Shown one piece after another: positions 20,549-29,882 of a stretch of 64,000 nucleotides of DNA (positions within the stretch are counted from its first letter, which is position 1; each line of letters starts with the position of its first letter). The position numbers and the translations under genes are program-made. A model generated the notes under the pieces. That model was not told the DNA's origin. It saw only the letters and a list, made by a program, of their open reading frames with translations, and did not search any database. The stretch covers positions 1,664,001-1,728,000 of the forward strand of contig CBDFJQ010000002.1 of NCBI GenBank assembly GCA_965248575.1, given 5' to 3'. Origin of the DNA: Planctomycetota bacterium (GTDB taxonomy: Bacteria > Planctomycetota > B15-G4).

Positions 20549-20605
20549 ATGCCCTCAGCAAGGTCCTCGTTACGACCAGCAAAAAGTCACCCCAGAGGCA
20601 GTCCC

Positions 20606-21067
20606 ATGACCATCAGTAATCGTAATCAGAAGGGCTTTACGCTTGTTGAGCTCCTGATCGTCGTCATCATTCTCGGTATCCTCGCGGCCGTCGTGATCCC
20701 GCAGTTCAACACCGCGGCGTCCGAGTCCAAGGAAGCCGCTTTGGCGTCCAACCTGGCGACCGTTCGTCAGGCCATCGAGATGTACAAGGTGCAGCACAAC
20801 GACACCTTCCCCACGTCTGCGATCGTGCTTCAGCTCACGAACAGCACCGACATCGCCGGTGCCACCACCGGCTCCGCTTACGGCCCTTACTTGCGGAACG
20901 CGTTCCCCAAGAACCCGGTCTCCAGCGTCGCCACCGTCGCCACGGGTACCTCCATCTCCACGCCGTCTGACCAGACGGGTGGCTGGGCGTACGACACCGT
21001 GCTCGGTGAGTTCAGGGCGAACATCTCCGGCAACGGCCCGAGTGGTACCGCTTACTTCTCCCTCTAA
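20606..21067 (+). CDS. Major type IV (pseudo)pilin, paralog 1 (GspG/PilA-like)
   Basis: Class III signal 'NQKG/FTLVELLIVV' with E5; 'IPQF...LATVRQAIEMYKVQHN'; no Cys; strong hairpin downstream. Confidence 0.92.
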   Translation: MTISNRNQKGFTLVELLIVVIILGILAAVVIPQFNTAASESKEAALASNLATVRQAIEMYKVQHNDTFPTSAIVLQLTNSTDIAGATTGSAYGPYLRNAFPKNPVSSVATVATGTSISTPSDQTGGWAYDTVLGEFRANISGNGPSGTAYFSL

Positions 21068-21094
21068 GCTCACCTGAGCCGAAGGCGAAGTACG

Positions 21095-21131
21095 GAATCC
21101 CCGGTGAGGCGCGCTGCCTCACCGGGGATTC
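21095..21131 (+). terminator. Perfect 16-bp stem-loop after major pilin 1 (terminator or mRNA-stabilising hairpin)
   Basis: GAATCCCCGGTGAGGC-gcgct-GCCTCACCGGGGATTC followed by ACTGCGTTTT. Confidence 0.75.
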
Positions 21132-21279
21132 ACTGCGTTTTGGGGCGTACCGCGCGACGCCCTGGGCAAAACAGTCGTCCAGCGCCCAGCTGTCGTCGAT
21201 CTCGAGCGCTCTTCCAGGGTCGCCGACCCACGACTCGCCGACTTTTCCACGGAAAGCCCGGCAATCCACAGCCCGGATC

Positions 21280-21307
21280 TCAAGTGGCCCCCGCTGAGCG
21301 ACGACTC
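21280..21307 (+). promoter_or_regulatory. Bipartite motif TCAAG-N15-GACGACTC upstream of the PilW-like pilin
   Basis: Same spacing as the other copies; favours ATG 21344 as the start. Confidence 0.65.
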
Positions 21308-21343
21308 ATGCAGATCTCCACCCCAATACCGGAGCAGGTCTCC

Positions 21344-22495
21344 ATGTCTTTCAACACTCAAGATCCTTCCAGCCGCCGCCGCGAATCGGGCTTCACGCTC
21401 GTCGAGGTGCTCGCATCCAGTGTCTTTGGCGCGATGCTCCTGATGGCCCTGGCCTACGCCACGACCGAGTTCGTCATCGGCGTCACCCACATGGAAGCGA
21501 AGGCGGGCATCAGCGATGGCGAAGCCAAGGTCCTGCGCCGTCTGACCCGCGAAGTCCGCGAAGCCTGGTACGCCGAAGTCATCAACTCGGAACGCTTGCG
21601 CATCGCCGACCCGGATGGCGGCATCAGCGAGTTCTACCTCGACGCCACGGAGCTCAAGCTCAAGCGCCCCAACGGCGACCTCGGCGTCATCCTGTCCGAC
21701 GTGGCAGTGCTCGACTTCGAGGGCGCCGGCGTCATCCGCAAGCGTGAGGGAGTGCCGACCCAGTGGGACTCCACGCTCTACACCCGCAGCATGCCGGGCT
21801 CTTCGCCCTTCGCGCTGGAGGTGCCCGTGGGTGGCTTGCTCTCCATGGCCTTCCAGGCACCCGTGACGGACGACGACCTCCCGAGCGGTGGCATCCCTGG
21901 TGACGAGGTCCTGATCGACCAAGGCGTCTCGCTCTTCAGCGCGCCCCTCGCCTGGGTCGCCGGTACGGATCCTGAGGACCTCATCATCGAGGTCTTCGAA
22001 AGCTGGGCCCCCGGCTCCGCCAAGCCCCTCGACTCGGCCCTGGGTTCCGTCGCGATCCCCGGCTCCTCCCTGACCCCGGCCGTCTGGAATGGCTCCAGCT
22101 ATGACGTGCCCGCTACGAGCCTCGCCCTGAGCGTCTCCGGAATCGCCCCGGCCCTGAGCGCCGGAACGGGCTACGTCGTCGTGCTGCACGCCACGGGCGA
22201 CGCCAAGCTCATCACCCAGGCCCAGTCACAGTTCCCGGACCCGTCCAACGACGACGTTGCCCTGAACCTCGGTTCGTTCGGCTCGACCTTTAGCACGCTG
22301 CCGGTCGCCGTGCCGTTCTCGGTCGCGGGCCCGTACACCCTCTCCACGAGTGTGGACTCGTCGGTCGTCGCCACCGTCAGCATCCAGCTGCAGCTGAAGG
22401 ACAAGGACCTGCAGATCCGCTCCGCCACCTTGCTGGGACAAGCCCTCAGCGATGACCCCTGGTCAGGTGTGGTTCCCGGAGACGCGGCGCCTTAG
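21344..22495 (+). CDS. Minor pilin PilW/GspJ-like with a large inserted beta-rich domain
   Basis: 'RRESG/FTLVEVLAS' with E5; 'VLRRLTREVREA' helix typical of PilW/GspJ; final strands 'VSIQLQL...RSATL'. Confidence 0.8.
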   Translation: MSFNTQDPSSRRRESGFTLVEVLASSVFGAMLLMALAYATTEFVIGVTHMEAKAGISDGEAKVLRRLTREVREAWYAEVINSERLRIADPDGGISEFYLDATELKLKRPNGDLGVILSDVAVLDFEGAGVIRKREGVPTQWDSTLYTRSMPGSSPFALEVPVGGLLSMAFQAPVTDDDLPSGGIPGDEVLIDQGVSLFSAPLAWVAGTDPEDLIIEVFESWAPGSAKPLDSALGSVAIPGSSLTPAVWNGSSYDVPATSLALSVSGIAPALSAGTGYVVVLHATGDAKLITQAQSQFPDPSNDDVALNLGSFGSTFSTLPVAVPFSVAGPYTLSTSVDSSVVATVSIQLQLKDKDLQIRSATLLGQALSDDPWSGVVPGDAAP

Positions 22496-22640
22496 GCCCT
22501 CAGCCCCCCTCGCACCTGCAAACGAGCCCCCACTGCCAACGAACGCCAAGGACCCCGATCGAGACCTGAGCCACGGCCATCACCACCTGCACAGCACGCA
22601 GGACAAAGCACACAGCTCAGCTCATCAGAAAGCCCCGACC

Positions 22641-23138
22641 ATGATCCCACACCGAATGCACAGCCAGCCGCTCTCCCGCCCACGCCCCCAGCGGGGCTTC
22701 ACTCTGGTCGAGCTGCTGATCGTGGTGGTCATCCTGGGCATTCTCGCCGCCGTGGTGATCCCACAGTTCGAGAACACTTCGGCCTCCACCAAGGAGAGCG
22801 CCTTGGTGGCCAACTTGCAGACCATGCGCCAAGCCATCGCGCTTTACCGTGTGCAGCACAACGAGATCTATCCGGGGCAGGCCAGTTGGGATGAGTTCCA
22901 GACCCAGCTCAGCACCACGACCCATGCGGATGGGACCGCCGGCGGCAACTACGGACCCTACTTGCGCACTGGGATCCCGCTGAACCCGGTCTCCGACGAT
23001 GGCGACGGCAAGCTCTTCACGACCATGCCCTCGGTACCCGACGAAACCGAGGGCTACGCCTACGAGCCCTCCACGGGCGAGTTGCGCGCCAACGTCGCAG
23101 GCACCGCACCCAGCGGCACGGCGTACTGGGACCTCTAG
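22641..23138 (+). CDS. Major type IV (pseudo)pilin, paralog 2
   Basis: 'PQRG/FTLVELLIVV'; shares 'YGPYLR', 'P.NPVS', 'GE.RAN', 'PSGTAY' with paralog 1. Confidence 0.9.
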   Translation: MIPHRMHSQPLSRPRPQRGFTLVELLIVVVILGILAAVVIPQFENTSASTKESALVANLQTMRQAIALYRVQHNEIYPGQASWDEFQTQLSTTTHADGTAGGNYGPYLRTGIPLNPVSDDGDGKLFTTMPSVPDETEGYAYEPSTGELRANVAGTAPSGTAYWDL

Positions 23139-23147
23139 AGAGACCGA

Positions 23148-24830
23148 CTAGAGATTGACGTAGGCAGGGCCACCGCCTTCAGGCGTCACCCATTCGATGA
23201 CCTGATACGGGTCCATGATGTCGCAGGTCTTGCAGTGCACGCAGTTGCTGAAGTTCACCTGCAACTTCTCGTCGCCGGCTGCGTCTGCATCGTTCGGCAC
23301 CATCTCGTAGACCGCGGCGGGACAGAAGTACTGGCACGGGTTGCCGTACTCCTGGGCGCACTTCACCGAGCAGTGTTCCGGGTCGGCCTGGACCACGAGA
23401 TGGCAGGGCTGGTCCTCCTCGTGCTTCGTCCCCGAGAAGAACACATTGGTGAGCTTGTCGAAGGTGAGCTTGCCATCGGGCTTGAAGGGCTCGGCGTGCC
23501 GCGGCTTGACCGCCCCCTTGCGACGCATCCGCTCGTGACCGGCCTCGGCCGGGTAGCGTTCGCGCGTGCCCTTGCCGCCGGTGAGCATCTGCAGGCCCAC
23601 GTGGAAGAGCGCGCCGGGCCCCATGCCGTGGGCTACCGCCTGGTGGAAGTTCCGGAAGCGGTAGAGCTCCTTGCCCAGCCACGAATCCTTGAGCGCCTTC
23701 TCGTAGCCTGAGAGCAACTCCGCGTCGTTGCGCTTCTGGACCAATGCCTGCAAGGCTGTCTCGGCCGCCAACATCCCGGACTTCATGGCGGCATGCACGC
23801 CCTTCAGCCGGGCAGCATTCAGCGTGCCGAGACTGTCCCCCGCCAGCATGACGCCGTCTGCGTAGGCGCGGGGCATGGACCAATAGCCCCCCGCAGGAAG
23901 ACTCTTGGCGCCGTAGTTGACGCGCGTGCCGCCCTCCAGCAGCGGTTTCACGTAGGGGTGCGTCTTGAAGCGCTGGAACTCCTCGTGGATGTCCATCGAG
24001 GGGTCCTCGGTATCCAGGCCCACGACCAGGCCAAGAGTCACGAGGTCGTCGCCGATGAAATAGATGAACGACCCACCGAAAATGCCAAGCCCCAAGGGCC
24101 AGCCCATGGTGTGGATCACGCGACCTGCCTGCGCACTGGCGCCGGGAACCTCCCACGTCTCCTTCACGCCCGTTTCGTACACGGGCGGGTTCGGGCCCTC
24201 CATGCCGAAGCGCTTCACGAGCCGCTTCGTCAGATGCCCACGCGAGCCATCACACAGCACCGTGACCGGCGCCCGGATCTCGACGCCCGGCTCGAAGTTC
24301 GAGCGCTGCTCTCCCGACGCCGAGATGCCCTTGTCGTTGGTCGTGACTCCCTTCACGACGTCGTCCTCGATGATCAGGTCCGCGGCGGGGAAGCCTGGGA
24401 AGACGTTGATCTCGGCTGCCTCCGCCCGGTCGCCCAACCAACGCACGACGTTGTTCAGGGCGCCTGTGGAGAAACCGTGGTTCTTCATCCAAGGGGGATG
24501 CGGAATGCTCGTCGCCCCACCGCGCGTCAGGAACTTCATTTCGTCCGACGCCACCGGCACCACGGGGGCACCCTGCTCGCGCCAGTCGGGGATGAGCTCG
24601 TCGAGGGCGCGCGGATCGATGACGGCGCCACTGATGGAGTGGGCACCGACATGGTCGCCCTTCTCGATCACGGCAATCATGGGCTCCTCGAGCGCTGGCT
24701 CGCCCTTCTCGGCAGCCAGGGCGTTGTGTTCATCCACCTTGTTCTTGAGGTGGATCGCGCCGGCCAAGCCCGCGGGCCCTGCTCCGACGAACAGCACATC
24801 AACGTCCAACACTTCCCGCTCAGCGGCCAT
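23148..24830 (-). CDS. Electron transfer flavoprotein-ubiquinone oxidoreductase (ETF-QO)
   Basis: 'VGAGPAGLA', 'GAHSISGAV', 'KGVHAAMKSG', C-terminal 4Fe-4S 'CPAAVYE...NCVHCKTCDI'. Confidence 0.95.
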   Translation of the reverse strand: MAAEREVLDVDVLFVGAGPAGLAGAIHLKNKVDEHNALAAEKGEPALEEPMIAVIEKGDHVGAHSISGAVIDPRALDELIPDWREQGAPVVPVASDEMKFLTRGGATSIPHPPWMKNHGFSTGALNNVVRWLGDRAEAAEINVFPGFPAADLIIEDDVVKGVTTNDKGISASGEQRSNFEPGVEIRAPVTVLCDGSRGHLTKRLVKRFGMEGPNPPVYETGVKETWEVPGASAQAGRVIHTMGWPLGLGIFGGSFIYFIGDDLVTLGLVVGLDTEDPSMDIHEEFQRFKTHPYVKPLLEGGTRVNYGAKSLPAGGYWSMPRAYADGVMLAGDSLGTLNAARLKGVHAAMKSGMLAAETALQALVQKRNDAELLSGYEKALKDSWLGKELYRFRNFHQAVAHGMGPGALFHVGLQMLTGGKGTRERYPAEAGHERMRRKGAVKPRHAEPFKPDGKLTFDKLTNVFFSGTKHEEDQPCHLVVQADPEHCSVKCAQEYGNPCQYFCPAAVYEMVPNDADAAGDEKLQVNFSNCVHCKTCDIMDPYQVIEWVTPEGGGPAYVNL

Positions 24831-24995
24831 GAATCGATTCTCCGGACAAGTCACGCACCCCTGGTCAGGGGCGACAGAGAGCACAGGATAGGTATCCGCC
24901 CCCCGGAACCCCAGCCCCTCAGGCCGGAGTCGAGCAGGCGCTGGCGGTCGTCTGAGGGTCAGGCCGCCTGATCATGGGCCACGCCAACCCGCCGT

Positions 24996-25913
24996 TCATT
25001 CGCTGTCGAGCGTCGGCTCGGGCTGGGAGAGATCCTGCTCGGCGTCTGGCAGCACCTCGACGTCGTCCACATAGACCGTGGTGCGCGCGTCGTCACCCGG
25101 GAGCCCGAAGAACGTCCAGGTTCCCCAGCGCTTGTCCTCCTTGCGCAGGCCCTCTGCCACCAGCCGGCCACTGGTATCCCAGCTCACATCCCGACCATTG
25201 CGTGCGCCGCCCCGGTTCTCCACCAGGCTCTGCTGGCGGCCGTTCTCGTGCCAGGTGGTCACCCACCCCTCCCAGTCCGTGCCCGCTCGCCGCATGAGCG
25301 TCTGCACCGACGCAACCCCGCCGGCGGCGTACACCGTCTCGAGGTAGCCCGTGGGGACCCCGCTGATGAGCCAGTAGGTCTCCTCACGCACAAGGCGCCC
25401 GATGGGATCCCAATGCCGCCACGTGCCCACGGGAAGTTCGTTCTGCCACTGGCCTTCGGATTCCTTTCGGCCCGAATCGCGCCAGTGCTGCTCCATGCCG
25501 TGCCGCGACCCGGCCCGATACTCGACACGCTCCACGAGTTCACCGGTTTTCTCGCTGAACAGCTGGCGCGGTCCCGTGAGCCGGTCCTGTTCAAAGTTCT
25601 CCACCAGGGCCAGCGTTCCGCCCGGGTGGTAGGTCATCAGCTTGCCGTGGCGCTTGCCCCGTTCGAAGTGGCCTTCAAACTCGAGTTCGCCATCCTTGTA
25701 GAAGCGCTCGACCTCTCCGTGGCGTTCTCCTGCCAGGTAGTGACCACGCTCCTTGACGACCGCATCGCTCCACCAGGTCGTGAACTCGCCTTCGTACCCG
25801 ATAGGGACGGCCCGTGGCTTCTTGACCGGGGCCATGGAGCAGCCCAGCTGGCACAAGAGCATCCCCGCCAGAAGGAGCAGCGAGGCTCCGGTCAATGTGC
25901 GCCGACCTGTCAT
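24996..25913 (-). CDS. MORN-variant repeat (YwqK-like) lipoprotein
   Basis: Repeated 'EGxYxxGxRHGxxxxYxxxG' units; lipobox-like 'QLGC'. Start uncertain. Confidence 0.8.
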   Translation of the reverse strand: MTGRRTLTGASLLLLAGMLLCQLGCSMAPVKKPRAVPIGYEGEFTTWWSDAVVKERGHYLAGERHGEVERFYKDGELEFEGHFERGKRHGKLMTYHPGGTLALVENFEQDRLTGPRQLFSEKTGELVERVEYRAGSRHGMEQHWRDSGRKESEGQWQNELPVGTWRHWDPIGRLVREETYWLISGVPTGYLETVYAAGGVASVQTLMRRAGTDWEGWVTTWHENGRQQSLVENRGGARNGRDVSWDTSGRLVAEGLRKEDKRWGTWTFFGLPGDDARTTVYVDDVEVLPDAEQDLSQPEPTLDSE

Positions 25914-25945
25914 CCTCATGCTCCGCCTCCCGCTCATGCTCGTGC

Positions 25946-26770
25946 TCAGGGGTGTGACAAACGACGCTCGGCAGCCTGCTCCACACTCCAGGGTTCCAAC
26001 TGACCCTCGTGCAGCATGAAGCATCGGTCGGCCCGGGCCGCCAGCTCCATGTCGTGCGTCACGAGGACCAAGGTGTGATCCCGCTCTGAACTGATCTGGA
26101 ACAGCAAATCGGCAATGACTTCGCTCGTCCGCTCATCGAGATTGCCCGTCGGCTCGTCGCAGAGCAACAGCGTCGGCTCGGAGATGAGGGCCCGGGCGAT
26201 GGCCACGCGCTGCCGTTCTCCGCCGGACATCTGTGTGGGCTTGTGGTGCATCCGCGAACCCAGCCCCAGCTCTTCCAGCAGCTGCTTGGCCTGGGCACGC
26301 ATGGCGTGGCGCTTCGACCACCAGGCCAGCGGCCCGTGCTCGATCCGCCGCGGCAGCAGGGTGTTGTCCAAGGCGGAGAGTTCGGGAATCAGGTGATAGA
26401 ACTGGAACACATAGCCGATGCGATGATTGCGCAAGCTGGCCCGGGCCGCCTTGGACAGGGTGGTGGACTCTTCGCCGTGCACCTTGAGGCTGCCTGAATC
26501 TGGCCGATCGAGGAGACCCAGGGCATGCAGCAGGGTGCTCTTGCCCGAGCCTGATCGTCCCATGATGGCCACGGACTCGCCGGCGTACAGGTCCAGGTTC
26601 GTGCCAGCCAGCACCTTCAACACCTGTTGGCCCATGCGGTACCCGCGCACGAGACCGCGGGCGCTCAGCACCGGCTTGCGACCCTCGCCCTCCCCTTCGC
26701 CTGGGGACGCTGGGCCTGGGTCGGACGCCGTTGTCGGCACCGTCTGGATGGGGCTCGCCATCTCACTCAT
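25946..26770 (-). CDS. lolD: Lipoprotein-releasing ABC ATPase LolD
   Basis: Walker A 'GRSGSGKS', 'VFQFYHL', 'MSGGERQRVAIARAL', 'DEPTGNLD'; coupled to the permease. Confidence 0.88.
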   Translation of the reverse strand: MSEMASPIQTVPTTASDPGPASPGEGEGEGRKPVLSARGLVRGYRMGQQVLKVLAGTNLDLYAGESVAIMGRSGSGKSTLLHALGLLDRPDSGSLKVHGEESTTLSKAARASLRNHRIGYVFQFYHLIPELSALDNTLLPRRIEHGPLAWWSKRHAMRAQAKQLLEELGLGSRMHHKPTQMSGGERQRVAIARALISEPTLLLCDEPTGNLDERTSEVIADLLFQISSERDHTLVLVTHDMELAARADRCFMLHEGQLEPWSVEQAAERRLSHP

Positions 26771-28103
26771 GGCGCAAGGCCTCCACCGGGTCCATGCGCG
26801 CCGCACGGAAGGCAGGCATCATGCAGATCAACACCGCGCCCACCACGGTCGCCCCGGCGATGGCCACATTGAGGCCGTGGTCCAAGGCAACGGGAATCTC
26901 CGAGAAGGCATACACCTGCCGGTTGAAGATCTCGATGTCGAAGATCTCTTCGATCGTGTCCTTCACCGAGTTGATGTTGAGCGCGAGCACGACACCCATT
27001 CCGAGGCCAAGCAACCCTCCCAAGGAGGCGATGTAGATCCCGCACGTGGCGAAGACGGCGCCGACGCCCCCCGCGGGTGCCCCCATGGCAGACAGGATCC
27101 CAATGTCGCGCACCTTCTGTTGCACCATCATGGTCAACACCGAGAAGGTGATGGTGCACACGAGCAGGAGGAAGAAGAAGAAGATGACGAGCAGGATGTT
27201 GCGCTCGTTCTCGACGGCCCCCAACCAGATGCGGTGGCGGTCTTCCCAGGTCTCGACGGTGGAACGCATGCCCGCCGCCCTCAGGTCCGCATCGAGTTCG
27301 TCGCGCACGACCTCCAGGTCGGCACCCTCCACGGCTGTCACGTACAGCTCGGAAACCTCGTGCTGCGTCCCGGTCCAGTAGATGAAGTCCTGACGCTGGA
27401 TGTAGATGTTCGCCTGGTCGTGGTTGTAGTGCCCCGTGTTGTACGCGCCCGCGATCACGAAGGTCTCGCTGGCCGGGCGCACGGCATCGCCGGTCAGGCG
27501 CAGCGCGCTGTCGGGCACCGTCACCAGGGTCAGGGCATCCCCCTTGCGCAGCGCCAGCCCGCGCATCATCTCCTCGCTCAAGAGCACCGTGGGCCCCTGG
27601 GCATAGCGCAGTTCGAGATCCTTGATCTCCTCCATCGGCAAGTCGAAGGGGCGCTCGACATCGTCCACCCGCAAGCCTGGGGCCTCGACGCGGTCGAGAA
27701 AGGCCGCGAAGTCCGTGGACGCGATTTCATCCGCGGCGTCGATACCCAGCACGAGCACCTGATGCTGCGCCGCATCCTTGGAGTTGCCGTGCAGCACGGA
27801 CGAGCGCCCGTAGACCTTGAAGATGGACGGGCGCACGAGGCGTGCGCAGGCACCCTTGATCTGGGGATGGCCGGCCACGGTCTGGGTCAGGTCCTCGCCG
27901 GAATAGGCGTATTGCACCTGGTGAGGGAACACCACGATGTCGGCGGTGGTTCCGCGCAGGAACGAACGGGTCTCCTCGAGGAAGCCGTTCATGATGCTCA
28001 GCACGACAATCAACGCCATGACCGCCAGGCCGATGGCGACCATGGCCAGATAGCTCACCGGTCGGGCGAAGGTGTAGCGGCTGGCAAGGTGGAAGCGATA
28101 CAC
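26763..28103 (-). CDS. lolE: Lipoprotein-releasing ABC permease LolC/E (FtsX-like)
   Basis: 'IVVLSIMNGF', 'KVRDIGILSAMGA', 'PAFRAARMDPVEALRHE'; lysS-lolE-lolD order. Confidence 0.85.
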   Translation of the reverse strand: MYRFHLASRYTFARPVSYLAMVAIGLAVMALIVVLSIMNGFLEETRSFLRGTTADIVVFPHQVQYAYSGEDLTQTVAGHPQIKGACARLVRPSIFKVYGRSSVLHGNSKDAAQHQVLVLGIDAADEIASTDFAAFLDRVEAPGLRVDDVERPFDLPMEEIKDLELRYAQGPTVLLSEEMMRGLALRKGDALTLVTVPDSALRLTGDAVRPASETFVIAGAYNTGHYNHDQANIYIQRQDFIYWTGTQHEVSELYVTAVEGADLEVVRDELDADLRAAGMRSTVETWEDRHRIWLGAVENERNILLVIFFFFLLLVCTITFSVLTMMVQQKVRDIGILSAMGAPAGGVGAVFATCGIYIASLGGLLGLGMGVVLALNINSVKDTIEEIFDIEIFNRQVYAFSEIPVALDHGLNVAIAGATVVGAVLICMMPAFRAARMDPVEALRHE

Positions 28104-28112
28104 GCGCGGTCT

Positions 28113-29741
28113 CTAGGAGCTGGCCGATTCCGATGACGTGCCCCGATCCGTCGGGACCTCAGGAGCCACGGCCGGATCACTTGTTTCCGCACCCTCGCTG
28201 CGGCTTCGCAGGAGCGGAAACAGGATCACGTCTCGGATCGAGTCGGCACCCGTCAGCAACATGACGAGCCGGTCGACGCCGATGCCGATGCCAGCTGCAG
28301 GCGGCATTCCATAGCGCAGGGCATCCACGTAGTCGTGGTCCACCTCGGCCGGCAGCTCCGGGTCACGCTCGGCGACCTGCGCCTCGAAACGCGCCAGCTG
28401 CTCCTCGGGATCATTGAGTTCCGAGAACGCGTTGGCGAGCTCCATCCCGTCGACGATGAGTTCAAAGCGCTCAGCAATCCGTGGATCTTCGGGCGACGCC
28501 TTGGAAAGCGGGCTCAAGGCGATGGGCAAGTGGGTCACGAAGGTGGGGTTCACCAGCTTGGGTTCGACACACTCCCCGAACAGGTCATCCACGATCTTGT
28601 CGACTCGCACGCCCTGGGTGTGCAAGCCATGGCTCTTGGCAGCAGCCAGCACTGCGGCCTCATCGAAGACGTCGATGCCCACATGCTCCTGGATCAGATC
28701 CGCATAGCGGCGGCGGGCGAAGGGGCGAGAGAAGTCGATCACACGATCGCCACGGACCACCTGCTCTGGAGGCAGCTCGAGCGTGGCCGCTTCGACCGTG
28801 ACCGGCTCGGCCGTGGCCTCACCCTCGACCGGATCCGGGTTCTCGACTTCCACCGGCTGGCTGTGGCAACCGTGATCCACGGCCAGTCGCGCCACCAGCT
28901 CCTCGCAGGCCTCGATCCAGTCGTCCATGCGAGCGTAGGCCCAATAGGCCTCCACCATGGAGAACTCGGGGTTGTGACGGGGCGAGAGCCCTTCGTTCCG
29001 GAAGTTGCGCCCGATCTCGAAGACCCGTTCGTAGCCCCCCACCAGCAGTCGCTTCAGATGCAGCTCGGGGGCGATGCGCAGGTTCAAGTCCATGTGCAGG
29101 GTGTTGTGGTGGGTCCGGAAGGGCTTGGCGGTCGCCCCACCTGCGATGCCATGCAGGATTGGCGTCTCCACCTCCATGAAGCCCCGGTCCTCGAGGAAGC
29201 GCCGGGTGTCCCGCACGATGGCCGAGCGGGCCCGAAATCGTTCGAAGCTCTCGGGATTCGCGATCAGGTCGGCATAACGGCGTCTGAGCCGCGTCTCGAC
29301 ATCTGCCAGCCCGAACCATTCGCTGGGCGGGGCATACATGCTCTTGCTCAAGAGCTCCAGGTCGGCTGCGAAGAGCGTCACCTCACCCATCCGGGTGCGG
29401 GCCAACTCCCCCCGGCAGGCGACGAAATCGCCCAAATCGAGGGTTTCCTTGAGCAGCGCGAAGGCCTCTTCGCCCAGGGCCTTCTTGCGAACGAAGGCCT
29501 GCAAGCGCCCCGAGTCGTCCCTCAGATCCACGAACAGGCTGTTGCCGTGGTCGCGCACGGAGACCGCTCGCCCCGCCACGGTGGCCACGGTGCGGGCCTC
29601 CCCCTCGGCATCCGGGTCGGCCCGAGCGAGCAGGGCGGCGATGGATTCCCGCTCCGGAAGGCGGGTCCCGGCTGGGTAGGGAATGACTCCGGCCGCCCGA
29701 AGGCGGTCCAGCTTGGCGATGCGTTCTGTTGGCAACTGCAT
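28113..29741 (-). CDS. lysS: Lysyl-tRNA synthetase (class II)
   Basis: OB-fold anticodon domain, 'LRIAPELHLKRL', 'FRNEG', 'ELANAFSELNDP', 'GIGVDRL'. Real start 29741, not 31127. Confidence 0.97.
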   Translation of the reverse strand: MQLPTERIAKLDRLRAAGVIPYPAGTRLPERESIAALLARADPDAEGEARTVATVAGRAVSVRDHGNSLFVDLRDDSGRLQAFVRKKALGEEAFALLKETLDLGDFVACRGELARTRMGEVTLFAADLELLSKSMYAPPSEWFGLADVETRLRRRYADLIANPESFERFRARSAIVRDTRRFLEDRGFMEVETPILHGIAGGATAKPFRTHHNTLHMDLNLRIAPELHLKRLLVGGYERVFEIGRNFRNEGLSPRHNPEFSMVEAYWAYARMDDWIEACEELVARLAVDHGCHSQPVEVENPDPVEGEATAEPVTVEAATLELPPEQVVRGDRVIDFSRPFARRRYADLIQEHVGIDVFDEAAVLAAAKSHGLHTQGVRVDKIVDDLFGECVEPKLVNPTFVTHLPIALSPLSKASPEDPRIAERFELIVDGMELANAFSELNDPEEQLARFEAQVAERDPELPAEVDHDYVDALRYGMPPAAGIGIGVDRLVMLLTGADSIRDVILFPLLRSRSEGAETSDPAVAPEVPTDRGTSSESASS

Positions 29742-29882
29742 CGAGGCGAGTCTAGCAGTCGGCAGACCACGCTCTCCAGCTCGGTGACAGCGCCAACTCA
29801 CAAGCCTGGAGTCGCAACCCTTGATTGGACGGGCGGGCAGGTGGGACGATGGCCCGACGTTGTCCCCACCCGGAACCCCTCC

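Noticed and set aside
22518..22545. GCAAA-N15-AACGAACG upstream of major pilin 2 as a motif copy
   Set aside because: Only 3 of 5 matches in the upstream element; pilin 2 can be read through from the PilW-like promoter.
17027..23138. tRNAs as integration sites for an island carrying the pilins or the giant lipoprotein
   Set aside because: No integrase or transposase, no duplicated tRNA 3' end seen, and no obvious compositional break.
24996..25913. Toxin-antitoxin module (YwqK antitoxin)
   Set aside because: No adjacent toxin; the protein has a signal/lipobox and sits in the lol operon.
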